Assembly (NCBI GenBank): GCA_026014495.1
Contig: JAOZIF010000062.1
Location: 1 to 23,030 of the forward strand
DNA from: Candidatus Bathyarchaeum sp.
GTDB lineage: Archaea > Thermoproteota > Bathyarchaeia > Bathyarchaeales > Bathyarchaeaceae
Length of the DNA stretch: 23,030 nucleotides
Direction: 5' to 3'
The notes under the pieces: model-generated
Told to the model about the DNA's origin: nothing
Databases searched by the model: none
Seen by the model: the letters and a program-made list of their open reading frames with translations, nothing else
Position numbers and translations under genes: made by a program
Shown: positions 5,907-14,969 of the stretch, piece by piece
Layout of the letters: each line of letters starts with the position of its first letter
Position numbering within the stretch: position 1 is the stretch's first letter

Positions 5907-8420
5907 TTATTTTCGTTTTCTTAGGACGAAGATGCTGACAGCGCTGATTACGATTGCGATAGCAATGGCTGCTATTATTGCTGTTTCTGTGGTTATGAGT
6001 GCTGATTCTGTAGCGGGTTCGTCTGGTTCGGTTATAGGTTCGTCAGTTACTGGTTCTTCAGTTACTGGCTCTTCTGTTACAGGTTCTTCAGGCTCGATTG
6101 GTGTTGCTTGTGCTGGTGCTGGGTCTACTACTAGATATGTTATATCAAATGAGCTTCCGTATGATTCGGTTCCCTCAAAAGTTGCTGTAACCTGGTATTG
6201 GCCTTCAACTGGAGGCGTCCACTGGATGCCAAATCCGCCTGACAAGTCAGTTGTAGCTGTGCCTATGTCTTGGTAGTTCCCATTTGGATCAATAGCTGTT
6301 ACTTTCACTGTAACTCCCGTTGCATCGCCAGGTATGGGCTTTTGCATGTGCAAATACTCCATCCACTCACTCATGCTTGCATCAGAAACACAAGCAGCGC
6401 CTTTTTGTCCTGGTGACTGGTCAGTGACGGTGCCTGTTATCAATACGCTAGAGCCTTCGGTTACTGCGGTCTGTGGTGCTGAAACTGTAGTGGTACTTGG
6501 TCCTTTACCAAAGCAGTATAATTGTCCGTCATATCCATTGAGATATACTAAGCTGCCGTACGCGACTGCAGCATTAAGTTCATAACTTTCAGCGCGGTAT
6601 CCTGACACTCGCCAGATTTCGTTTCCTGTTTCTGCATCGATACAATAGATGTCTCCTCCTCTCCATATTGGATTTGATGGAGTGTGTTCAGAACTGAAAG
6701 CATAGACTTTGCCATCAGCAACAGCGATCCATCCGTGTAGTGGCCATCCACCATACGGTGTTTCCAGACCACTGCTTCCAGTCGTCCAGTCCCATAAGTG
6801 CTTTCCATTAGTGATATCATAGCAGTGCACCATTCCGTCGTATCCGCTTGAATAAAGTTTGCCATTGGCTATTACTGAGCACATAGCATACATGCCAAAA
6901 GCGTTTGTGTACGGCTCAGTTACCCACAGTTCCTCACCTGTGTATGCGTCAAATCCATGATGCTGCATTGTCTCTTGTACAAACATTGTGTAGACGCCCT
7001 CACTAATAGGCGATGTTGCGCGTGCATTTTGTTCACCTAAATTCGTTCGGTTTTGTACCCACAGTTGTGCACCTGTTTCTGCATCGTAAGCTACGTGCTC
7101 ATAGACTGGTAGAGGGTTTGTATCTGTTTCCGAGAAAGTTGCGGTTGCCAATATCACGCCAGATCCAATCTTGCTTATGCTTGGGTTTCCTGCTACGTCT
7201 GGGATTGTTACGTTCCATTGTATTCCTTCTTTGAAATCGTATGTTCCAGGCGTGGGTGTCCAGTCGATAGCTGCGCCAATAACTCTCATTCCAGTTAGGA
7301 GGAGTTTAGTTGAGTTCCACATCGCTAGCCAGTTGTTTTTACTGTTAAGAATGTAAACTAGTAATTCTCCATTTGGACCCGAAGTAGTTGTAGTTCTGCT
7401 TGCGCCCGAAGTCACGTTCTCTATATCGAGGATATAATCGCCCGAAAATGCTTCATATAACTCCCATGTTGAACCGCTTTGACTCCACAAGTATGAAAAG
7501 ACACCACTTTGAGCTACTGACCAGAAGTAATACACTTGACCTATTGTTAGTGTACCCTCGTCTGTTGTCCACAATGTTTCTCCAGTGTACAAGTCTACAC
7601 AAGAAAAGCCGCTTTCACTAGCTGATCCATATTGTCCATAGCCTAGATTGTTGTAATAGAGTCTTCCACCAATAACCAATGGAGGCAAAAACTTGTCTGA
7701 TGGACGTCTTCCAGTGTACCAAGAATAACCACCCATCTCGCCTCCTGCAATTCCGCCAAACATTTCTTGTTTTGTCCATAGTATGTGAGGACTATTTGGA
7801 GCTGTGGTGTACGGATTAAAACTGCTACCTCCTATATCATAGTAATTGCCGCCTAACCAATTTCCTGCAATTTGTGACCATTCTCGGTTCTCACCGTAAA
7901 TTGGAGTTTCCCAGTAGTCTGTTGGAAGTTCAGTTGATGGCCAATCAGTTATTGGTTCTTCTTGCACAACAAGTTGCACGGTTGGGCTAGTACTAGGTTT
8001 ATAGTAATCTCCAGCGCTAGGTCCAACTTCTATCGTTTGTCCAGGGAATGTGAAGTAAAAACTGTAGGTGCCCACTTGGTCAGGTATATATTCAGTCCAT
8101 CCAACTCCTGCCTCGCCTGAACTGAATGGTCCTGTGGTTTCGATGGTTCCGTCGGGTTTTTCGATTGTTAGTTCAAAGCCATTCCAATAGCCGTATCTTG
8201 GTCGTTCTTCTGGAAATTGTGCTGGGGGTACGTTTGTAAGAAACATAGTGACCAATACGGTTTGGTCAACCCCTACAGGGTCAGGTCTAAGATGGATGAA
8301 TGGATATGTTTCAAACTCAAGAGCATTAACAGTAGATAGAGATGCTAGTAGACCAGGAATTGTTAGCATTAGAACTAAAGCGAAAGAATATATTTTTGAT
8401 TTACTTTTTCTGTTTCCCAT
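5907..8420 (-). CDS. Membrane-anchored surface protein with a PQQ-like beta-propeller (837 aa)
   Basis: Start at ATG 8420 behind AAGGAG. Signal peptide; repeated blade motifs (CVDLYTGETLW, AYDAETGAQLW, GFDAYTGEELW, CYDITNGKHLW, CIDAETGNEIW); Ig-like flanking segments; Glu/Pro linker; C-terminal TM helix ending RKRK. Confidence 0.9.
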   Translation of the reverse strand: MGNRKSKSKIYSFALVLMLTIPGLLASLSTVNALEFETYPFIHLRPDPVGVDQTVLVTMFLTNVPPAQFPEERPRYGYWNGFELTIEKPDGTIETTGPFSSGEAGVGWTEYIPDQVGTYSFYFTFPGQTIEVGPSAGDYYKPSTSPTVQLVVQEEPITDWPSTELPTDYWETPIYGENREWSQIAGNWLGGNYYDIGGSSFNPYTTAPNSPHILWTKQEMFGGIAGGEMGGYSWYTGRRPSDKFLPPLVIGGRLYYNNLGYGQYGSASESGFSCVDLYTGETLWTTDEGTLTIGQVYYFWSVAQSGVFSYLWSQSGSTWELYEAFSGDYILDIENVTSGASRTTTTSGPNGELLVYILNSKNNWLAMWNSTKLLLTGMRVIGAAIDWTPTPGTYDFKEGIQWNVTIPDVAGNPSISKIGSGVILATATFSETDTNPLPVYEHVAYDAETGAQLWVQNRTNLGEQNARATSPISEGVYTMFVQETMQHHGFDAYTGEELWVTEPYTNAFGMYAMCSVIANGKLYSSGYDGMVHCYDITNGKHLWDWTTGSSGLETPYGGWPLHGWIAVADGKVYAFSSEHTPSNPIWRGGDIYCIDAETGNEIWRVSGYRAESYELNAAVAYGSLVYLNGYDGQLYCFGKGPSTTTVSAPQTAVTEGSSVLITGTVTDQSPGQKGAACVSDASMSEWMEYLHMQKPIPGDATGVTVKVTAIDPNGNYQDIGTATTDLSGGFGIQWTPPVEGQYQVTATFEGTESYGSSFDITYLVVDPAPAQATPIEPEEPVTEEPVTEEPVTDEPITEPDEPATESALITTETAIIAAIAIAIVISAVSIFVLRKRK
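6031..6090. repeat. Four tandem 15-bp units encoding the (E/D)EP(V/I)T linker
   Basis: gttataggttcgtca / gttactggttcttca / gttactggctcttct / gttacaggttcttca; the minus strand reads EEPVTEEPVTEEPVTDEPIT. Confidence 0.9.
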
Positions 8421-8437
8421 ATTTTTTTCTCCTTTTA

Positions 8438-8517
8438 TTTTTAACAATTTGCTTATCATAAATTACAATTTAAAATTTTCCATAAAATGAGACTTTAAAA
8501 TAGAAATCATGAGTTAA
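8438..8517 (-). repeat. 80-bp inverted repeat, copy B (upstream region of the beta-propeller gene)
   Basis: Reverse complement matches 4895-4974 at 73/80; ends 17 nt before ATG 8420. Confidence 0.95.
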
Positions 8518-8745
8518 TGCTTAAAATTAAACTAATAATATCCAAACTCAACTCTTTTGAGTAAATAACCATTTAATATGCTCAATACTGAAAATTCCTT
8601 TTTTATTACATGATTTACGACTTTTCAGCCGATTTCCTTAAAACTGCATATCCTGTTTAATTGTGCTTTGAAGCTAATCATAAAAACAATTTAACGTAAG
8701 TTTTGGGAACTAGTTAAACCGTAGCAATTAGCAAAAAATAATAAT

Positions 8746-8770
8746 ACAAAAATTATAAGGTAATTTTTGT
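8746..8770. promoter_or_regulatory. Perfect 10-bp inverted repeat with 5-nt spacer, candidate operator or hairpin
   Basis: ACAAAAATTA-TAAGG-TAATTTTTGT in the intergenic region upstream of the beta-propeller gene. Confidence 0.4.
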
Positions 8771-8863
8771 GTGCATCACTAACTATGTACATCAGTCTTT
8801 TTGTGTGAACATCTGTGTTTATAGTTCGATGTTAATCTGCTTCATCAAAATTGTTTAGCGCTT

Positions 8864-9928
8864 TTAGTTTATGTTCCAAAATTGAGATTGAATTTTCTTC
8901 ACTTGATTTATTGCGTTTTCACCCTTTTTTTGTGACTTCAGGTTTGTGCAATGAGGTTTGTCTTTGATAGTGTATGGTATGTTAGCCATTTTGGCGGTTA
9001 CTGTGGATGCCATTTTTCCAAGGAACCTTAAGTTGTATCCGCCTTCTAGGACTGCTACAAGTTTTCCTTGGCAGAATTTTGTTGCTGCTTTTAGTGTGGT
9101 GTCAAAGATTGTTGTGTAGCTGCGTGTTGATAGGTTCATGTTTCCTATGGGGTCTGTGTAGTGGTTGTCAAATCCTGTGGAGAGCAAAATGAACTGTGGT
9201 TTGTATTGGTTGATTATTGGTGTTACAATTTCGTTGAATGCTTTGAGGTATATTTTGTCGTTTGTTCCATAGGGAAATGGAACATTCACGGTGTATCCTT
9301 CTCCTTTGTTTTTGCCGACTTCGTTAGCAAAGCCTGTTAACGGAAACTCGCTGGGGTCTTCGTGGAGGCTAATATACAGGACCTTGTTGCTTTTGTAAAA
9401 TATTTCCTGTGTTCCGTTTCCATGATGGGCGTCTATGTCCAAAATTAAAATTCGGTCAAGGCTAAATTTTTCTAATAGATGAGCCGCAGCCACTGCAACA
9501 TTGTTAAAGACACAAAATCCCATGGGGTAGTCTGGTCCAGCGTGATGTCCTGGAGGTCTAACAAATGCGAAGCCGTTTGTGTAATGTTTGGTCATAACCA
9601 AGTCCACCGCTTTCACGGCTCCTCCAGCGGCTAAACGGGCTACCTCATAGCTTTTTGGAGAAACAACTGTGTCTTCTCTGTCCAGCAGTCCGCCGCCACA
9701 ATCACAAACCTGTTTAATTTGCTGAATGTAACTGATGTCATGTATTAATTCCAAATCGGTGTTTGTGGCGCTTTCAGGTTCAACAAGAGAGCAGTTTTCG
9801 TTTTCTAGAATGCCACTTTTGTTTAGTTCTCTCATAATTACCCTGAGGCGTGAAGGAACTTCAGGGTGCTGAGGTCCCGTTTTGTGGTGTAAATATTTTG
9901 GCGAATAAACTATGGCTGTTTTTGTCAT
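8864..9928 (-). CDS. Zn-dependent histone deacetylase family protein (acetoin utilization / acetylpolyamine amidohydrolase-like)
   Basis: HPExPxR, RPPGHHA, GFCVFNNVA, DIDAHHGNGTQ, SLH, GFD and LEGGY motifs are all present. Confidence 0.95.
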   Translation of the reverse strand: MTKTAIVYSPKYLHHKTGPQHPEVPSRLRVIMRELNKSGILENENCSLVEPESATNTDLELIHDISYIQQIKQVCDCGGGLLDREDTVVSPKSYEVARLAAGGAVKAVDLVMTKHYTNGFAFVRPPGHHAGPDYPMGFCVFNNVAVAAAHLLEKFSLDRILILDIDAHHGNGTQEIFYKSNKVLYISLHEDPSEFPLTGFANEVGKNKGEGYTVNVPFPYGTNDKIYLKAFNEIVTPIINQYKPQFILLSTGFDNHYTDPIGNMNLSTRSYTTIFDTTLKAATKFCQGKLVAVLEGGYNLRFLGKMASTVTAKMANIPYTIKDKPHCTNLKSQKKGENAINQVKKIQSQFWNIN

Positions 9929-10096
9929 TTGTGTAATTCCTATGTGAAAAAGCGGATTTGTTTTTTTCGCTAACTTTTGTGTATTTATTCATTAATTAAT
10001 TGGTCGGCTGCAATTGAAATTAATTTTTGGTTTGAACAAAAAGGGTTTTATGTTTCTTGCAGAATTAATGAACAACTAAAACTGTTAAGGGCTGAT

Positions 10097-10711
10097 TTGT
10101 CTTTGGCGTCTAAGTTTGCTGTGTTTTCATACTTGCTTATTGTGGTAAATATTGTAGTTTTCATTCAAAGCATACTAGACCCTGAAGCCTATAACGTGCT
10201 TATTACAACATATGGTTTAGTTCCTGTTCAAGTTACGAATGGCGAGAACCTCTTATCCTTAGTTACATCAATGTTCCTGCACGCAGACATTCTTCATCTG
10301 GGAATGAATATGCTTTTTTTGCTGTTAAGCGGCGACGTAGTTGAACGAGAATTAGGTAATTTCCGCTTTTTGGGACTGTACTTAGCTTGTGGCGTTATTG
10401 CAGGGCACTTTTATTCATATCTAAACGCCGCGTCTACCATACCAACCATAGGTGCTTCGGGAGCAATCTTCGGAATTTTAGCTGTCTTAGCTATTCGGGT
10501 TCCTTTCCGTTGGATGTTCAAACTTTTTGGTTTAATTCCAATCCCTCTTCCAGCAATCCTGTTTGTCTTCCTAACTGTTTTAACCGAAACCGCCTACGTA
10601 TCCTCTGGAATCGTAGAAAACGTTGCCCACACCGCTCACATCGGGGGCTTCCTAGCAGGGCTCTTCTTGACTTTGCTGTTCATGTCCAAAAAGAAGAAAA
10701 CAAAAGAATGA
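10097..10711 (+). CDS. Rhomboid family intramembrane serine protease
   Basis: HADILHLGMNM, catalytic GASGA and AHIGG motifs. TTG 10097 is the probable start; the ORF track starts at 9977. Confidence 0.92.
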   Translation: MSLASKFAVFSYLLIVVNIVVFIQSILDPEAYNVLITTYGLVPVQVTNGENLLSLVTSMFLHADILHLGMNMLFLLLSGDVVERELGNFRFLGLYLACGVIAGHFYSYLNAASTIPTIGASGAIFGILAVLAIRVPFRWMFKLFGLIPIPLPAILFVFLTVLTETAYVSSGIVENVAHTAHIGGFLAGLFLTLLFMSKKKKTKE

Positions 10712-10852
10712 ACCGCTTAATACCCAAATAATTTACATAAACGCAGATGAGATGCCTGACTTCCACACTTTAACCATTTGGCGTACTAATCGCAACAACA
10801 GTAAGGCGATAACCCTCAAAAAAGTGCTACAGCTACACGATCCGCAAAATCG

Positions 10853-11353
10853 CTACAAAAAAACATGAACCGAACTAATTGATACCCGAGACTTAAGGTG
10901 ATCCGAGACTTTCTGAACCACGCCATCAATTTCGTTGATTTTTGGAAAATACAGCAAATGGCTCTCGCAGTTTTTTGTGCAATCAGAAGCCCCAAAGCCA
11001 TCAACTGGAACCGTTGTGTTTCTCAGACTCTTCAAGTAACTATTGACGTTGCATTCCATCTTATGGTTGGTCTCAACAGCTATAACCGCTTCAACAGAAA
11101 CGTGCTCATCTGACAACAGGCAATCTATGTGCCAAAACATCCGTTTTTCTTTTCTTAGGTGCCTAGATATTCGATGTTTAAGACTTGTAGCTCCATTGCC
11201 TAAAGCTGACCCTGTATAAGTATAGTATCCACTTGGAAATTTTTGTTCCCCCAAACTTCCAATATGCAATGTCAACTCCTTTGACACAAACACTAGCAGC
11301 GTGTAAACTCCACCCGAAAGTTCGCCAATTCCATTTACGTTCAGTGACACCAA
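10853..11353 (-). CDS. GIY-YIG (Uri superfamily, DUF123-type) nuclease-like protein
   Basis: GVYTL...GYYTYTGSA...RISRH...WHID...E...GFGASDC..C.SHL, the layout of the archaeal DUF123 family. Confidence 0.85.
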   Translation of the reverse strand: MVSLNVNGIGELSGGVYTLLVFVSKELTLHIGSLGEQKFPSGYYTYTGSALGNGATSLKHRISRHLRKEKRMFWHIDCLLSDEHVSVEAVIAVETNHKMECNVNSYLKSLRNTTVPVDGFGASDCTKNCESHLLYFPKINEIDGVVQKVSDHLKSRVSISSVHVFL

Positions 11354-11382
11354 AACCTTAACCGCCAGTTATTGTTCAGTCT

Positions 11383-12573
11383 TTAGTTTATTGTTTGGTT
11401 CCAGAAAAACACTTCATCGTAAAGCTGTTGCAGGCTATCATCAAATTCTGGGTCACTGTAAACAATGTCTAAGCTAAAGCCATATTCATCAATAAGCTGG
11501 TTAACATCGCTCCAAATTTTTTCTATCCGCTCATCTGTGTTCGCACTCCACAAGCCCCAAATGTTATCATCAACGCTGCGAAATCCAAAACCAAAATTCT
11601 CAGGAAGAACATAAACCGCAGTCGCTTTTAGTTTTCCATATTCATCTGGGTTGTCGTTAACGTAATCCCAGAAATTTTCGAGAGCATCAAAGTGTTCATC
11701 AGTTAATATTCCATAGTCTGAATAATTTGTGTCTGGATGATCAAAAATCATCATATATTTTGCTCCATTATGATACGCCAAAATCAGGTCTTCGTATAGT
11801 TCATCACCTGAAACAATGTAAGGAACATCATTGTATGTCCATGTAACCATGACTCCCCACTCTTTGTTTTGCACATTAGCAGCACCTCTGCAAAGCGCGG
11901 TATGTAATTCTCTGCTGTGGTTCCAAGCATACTCAACTAGCACCGTGTCATATCCCGACTTGTAATCATACCAGTACAAACCATACTCTGAAGTCAGTAA
12001 CTCGACGCCACCACATTCTCCAGCATGAATATAATAGTAAATGTGACCGTTAAGCAAATAGACAAACGACTCAGCCGCTTCTGCTTGGTTTTCTGCCTCT
12101 TTAACTAACTGAAAACTGCCCGAATCCAACTGATTTCCTCCAGGCTCATCCATGGCATAAGCTCCTAGGAACTTGTCGCCATATTTTTCTTTGGCATCTG
12201 AAATCCAAATGTGCGGGTAATAGTTGTATCGAAAAACTAGGTCCCCATCTTCCTGCAAAGCATGTAGCGAAATGAAGAAAACGTAAAAGTATAGCCCTGA
12301 ATCGTAGACATAGTCACATACTTCGTTAAGATTGTTTATGTCAAATGTTATTCCAACAGTGTCAACAACAAAGACGTTCGTGAATTTTTTTACCCTATCA
12401 ACCAACGCTTTACAACCTTCAACACTATAGTTGTCGATTGCGTATTCTACACCCACAAAAAAGTCTGGGTCTGATTTGGGGTCATTTAGGCTAACGTTCA
12501 AAGCTACCAAAAAATGAGGCAAAACCATAATTGCAATAAATGTAAAACAGAACAGGGGCGTGCTGTGCTTCAT
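11383..12573 (-). CDS. Secreted or membrane-anchored hypothetical protein, possibly a TIM-barrel glycoside hydrolase-like fold
   Basis: N-terminal hydrophobic segment; acidic and aromatic-rich 396 aa; GAYAMDEPGG and TVLVEYAWN motifs. Confidence 0.7.
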   Translation of the reverse strand: MKHSTPLFCFTFIAIMVLPHFLVALNVSLNDPKSDPDFFVGVEYAIDNYSVEGCKALVDRVKKFTNVFVVDTVGITFDINNLNEVCDYVYDSGLYFYVFFISLHALQEDGDLVFRYNYYPHIWISDAKEKYGDKFLGAYAMDEPGGNQLDSGSFQLVKEAENQAEAAESFVYLLNGHIYYYIHAGECGGVELLTSEYGLYWYDYKSGYDTVLVEYAWNHSRELHTALCRGAANVQNKEWGVMVTWTYNDVPYIVSGDELYEDLILAYHNGAKYMMIFDHPDTNYSDYGILTDEHFDALENFWDYVNDNPDEYGKLKATAVYVLPENFGFGFRSVDDNIWGLWSANTDERIEKIWSDVNQLIDEYGFSLDIVYSDPEFDDSLQQLYDEVFFWNQTIN

Positions 12574-12685
12574 TTTTGCTTCTCCATTGTTTACAAATAC
12601 AATATTGGTTCTGTGTTATAACATTGAGTACTAGCCTGTTTTCTCACATGTTAAAATAAAAAAAGAAAGGGAAAGTTGTGAGTTT

Positions 12686-13528
12686 TTAAGATGAGGCTTC
12701 TTTAGACATTTTTTTGGCCAGCGTATAGATTACTGGAATCAGCATTATGCCCATTGCAATTGCAAATGCCCATGACACGTTTGCGACAATATCTGTAACT
12801 CCTTCAAATGTAGAAAAGATTGCACCTGCACCAATTATTAAGAAAATACTGTAAAGCACAAACTTTGCGTACCCTGCTACCTCTACAAACTCCTTATGGT
12901 CATCAGTGATTGATTTGATTAACCCATCAGTCAAAGCTATTCCTGCACCAATTATTACAAAACCTAAAATCAGTGAGTATACCAGATCGCCTGACAAAAG
13001 CATAAGATCCAGTGCGAGCAAAATCATGACTGCTATCAAGCCTATCTGAAGAAGGCTCTTTAGCATGTCTGCTACTTCGGATTTGGCTTTTGGAAAGACT
13101 GGTTTGAGCGTGTTTCCCACTAGAGTTGCTAAAAATCCAACCAGAACACTGCCAACAACGATTATTAGTATTCCTCCCAAAAGTCTAGGCAAGTATGCTG
13201 CAAGATCAACTAAGAATTCGCCAATACTGCCTCCAATGTTTAGAATCTGGATTGCAATTACCACCGATATGACAACAATGAACGCTGTGACTATTCCGCC
13301 AATAAATGAAGAGAGATCCAAACCTGCGGACTTGAACGATTTTCCTGTGTCTGTTTCGTCAAAACTTTTTTCTATACCCATTTTTTCTATGGTTTTGTTT
13401 ACAAGGCGTCCCACAAATTTTCCGACAAAATACCCTATTACAACAATGATTATGGCAGCGACAATAGCAGGCAAAGCACCAACAACATCTGACAGCATGT
13501 CATTTAGTAATTCTCCAAGATCAGACAA
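12686..13528 (-). CDS. Membrane protein with repeated conserved TM helix units (MscS/CmpX-associated type)
   Basis: Two LP.(I/L)..AI.I...G repeats (LPAIVAAIIIVVIGY, LPRLLGGILIIVVGS); multiple TM helices; TTG start with GGGGGA upstream. Confidence 0.75.
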   Translation of the reverse strand: MSDLGELLNDMLSDVVGALPAIVAAIIIVVIGYFVGKFVGRLVNKTIEKMGIEKSFDETDTGKSFKSAGLDLSSFIGGIVTAFIVVISVVIAIQILNIGGSIGEFLVDLAAYLPRLLGGILIIVVGSVLVGFLATLVGNTLKPVFPKAKSEVADMLKSLLQIGLIAVMILLALDLMLLSGDLVYSLILGFVIIGAGIALTDGLIKSITDDHKEFVEVAGYAKFVLYSIFLIIGAGAIFSTFEGVTDIVANVSWAFAIAMGIMLIPVIYTLAKKMSKEASS

Positions 13529-13784
13529 AACTTTGTTCCCCCATCAAATAAATTGTTAATTTTTTCTTATAACTTTTCGCGTGCCCCTGCAGTCATTTTT
13601 TCGTAACTTTTTGGCTTAATCGCCGTAGCAACACATTATTACTCTCGATGTTTTGAGTGCCCCCATTTTAACGGCACTACACTTGTAGGTGGTATCAATG
13701 TCTTGTTTCGCTTTTCTGGGACCCAAGTAACCTTTTAAAGAGACAAACAGCATTACATGATTTCAGAATAATGAGGGGCTAATT

Positions 13785-14969
13785 ATGTCACGGTACTCCA
13801 GCGTTTTCAAAGACGAAAGCAAACTTGACATCAATTATGTTCCACATACTTTGCTTCACAGAAAACTTCAACTCAACCTGTTGAACCAGTTTTTCCGTTT
13901 TGCTGTCGAAAATCCTGGAGGAATGACCCAACGCGCCTTGATTATGGGAAACATTGGAACCGGCAAAACTGTTCTGTCTCAGCACTTTGGCTTAGACATC
14001 ACTAAAGAAGCAAAACAACGCAACATTAACCTTAATTACATTCACATTAACTGCCGCGAATGCAAAGGTAGCCTCTTTATGATTTTGCAGCGTACCATCA
14101 TGAAGTTTTATCCCAACTTTCCTAGACGTGGCTACTCTGCAGAGGAGCTGTTGCAGGCACTTATGCAAATACTTGACGATAAAGACGCCTACCTAATCTT
14201 AACCTTGGACGAGTTGGAGACTCTTGTGCAAAATGAGGGTTCAGACCCGCTCTATAATCTTTCGAGAATCCAAGAAGACAGGATTAATGCCCCAAAACGG
14301 CTCTCTCTTATTTGTATACTACGTCAACCTGAGCACCTCGAAAACTTGGACCCAAGCACAAGAAGTACTCTTCAACGTAACATAATCAGGCTGGATGACT
14401 ACTCAGAGGCTCAACTTGAAGACATACTAGCAGATAGAGTAAGCCTTGCCTTCAGAGATGGCACAGTACCCACCCAAACACTGACGCTTATTGCTGAGCT
14501 TGGAAACTGTGAAAGAGGAAACGCCCGCTATTCTATAGAGCTTTTGTGGAGGGCAGGCAAGTATGCTGATGCCTCGGAACTGCGGGACGTTTCGCCTGAA
14601 TGTGTCCGGAACGCCGTTGCTAGTGTGTATCCTGTTGTACGAAAAGACATGATTCACGAATTTAGTTTGCACGAAAAACTATTTCTTCTTGGAGTGGCGA
14701 GACACTTTAAACAAACAGACTCTGTTTACATCTCAATGGGAGAAGCAGAGGAATCTTATGCTCTGGTCTGTGAAGAATACGGTGAAACAGGTCGAGGACA
14801 CACTCAACTTTGGAAGTATGTTAAGACGCTTTCTGCTGCTGGAGTAATCGAAACCACCGTGTCTGGTGTTGGACAACGGGGAAAAACCACTCTTATTGGA
14901 TTGCCTCGAGTTCCAGCCGCTGATCTGGAGCAGGAGCTTGTAAAAATTCTAATGCAGGGTGGGCGGTGA
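13785..14969 (+). CDS. cdc6: ORC1/Cdc6 family AAA+ ATPase with winged helix (Cdc6-2/Orc1-2-like)
   Basis: Walker A GNIGTGKT, Walker B LTLDELE, YSEAQLEDILADR, GNAR sensor-2, C-terminal wH segment HTQLWKYV...RGKTTLI. Confidence 0.95.
   Translation: MSRYSSVFKDESKLDINYVPHTLLHRKLQLNLLNQFFRFAVENPGGMTQRALIMGNIGTGKTVLSQHFGLDITKEAKQRNINLNYIHINCRECKGSLFMILQRTIMKFYPNFPRRGYSAEELLQALMQILDDKDAYLILTLDELETLVQNEGSDPLYNLSRIQEDRINAPKRLSLICILRQPEHLENLDPSTRSTLQRNIIRLDDYSEAQLEDILADRVSLAFRDGTVPTQTLTLIAELGNCERGNARYSIELLWRAGKYADASELRDVSPECVRNAVASVYPVVRKDMIHEFSLHEKLFLLGVARHFKQTDSVYISMGEAEESYALVCEEYGETGRGHTQLWKYVKTLSAAGVIETTVSGVGQRGKTTLIGLPRVPAADLEQELVKILMQGGR

Noticed and set aside
6031-6090. CRISPR-like array
   Set aside because: The units are contiguous 15-mers without spacers and lie in frame within a CDS; no cas genes.
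5809-6276. 155-aa plus-strand ORF with SSVTG repeats
   Set aside because: Antisense shadow of the propeller C-terminus; the repeats are the reverse reading of EEPVT.
5907-8420. Calling the beta-propeller a PQQ-dependent dehydrogenase
   Set aside because: Only the structural blade repeats are visible. No quinoprotein active-site motif was recognised and no pqq genes are in the window.
10853-11353. GIY-YIG gene as a homing endonuclease or mobile element
   Set aside because: It matches the stand-alone DUF123-type family; no intron, intein, terminal repeats or target duplication are visible.
13065-13559. 164-aa plus-strand ORF
   Set aside because: Antisense shadow of the TM-helix membrane gene.
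13560-13784. Replication origin (ORB elements) upstream of cdc6
   Set aside because: Only a weak TTTCAGAATAATGAGGGG resemblance at 13761-13778, whose G-run is better explained as the ribosome-binding site; no repeated ORBs.
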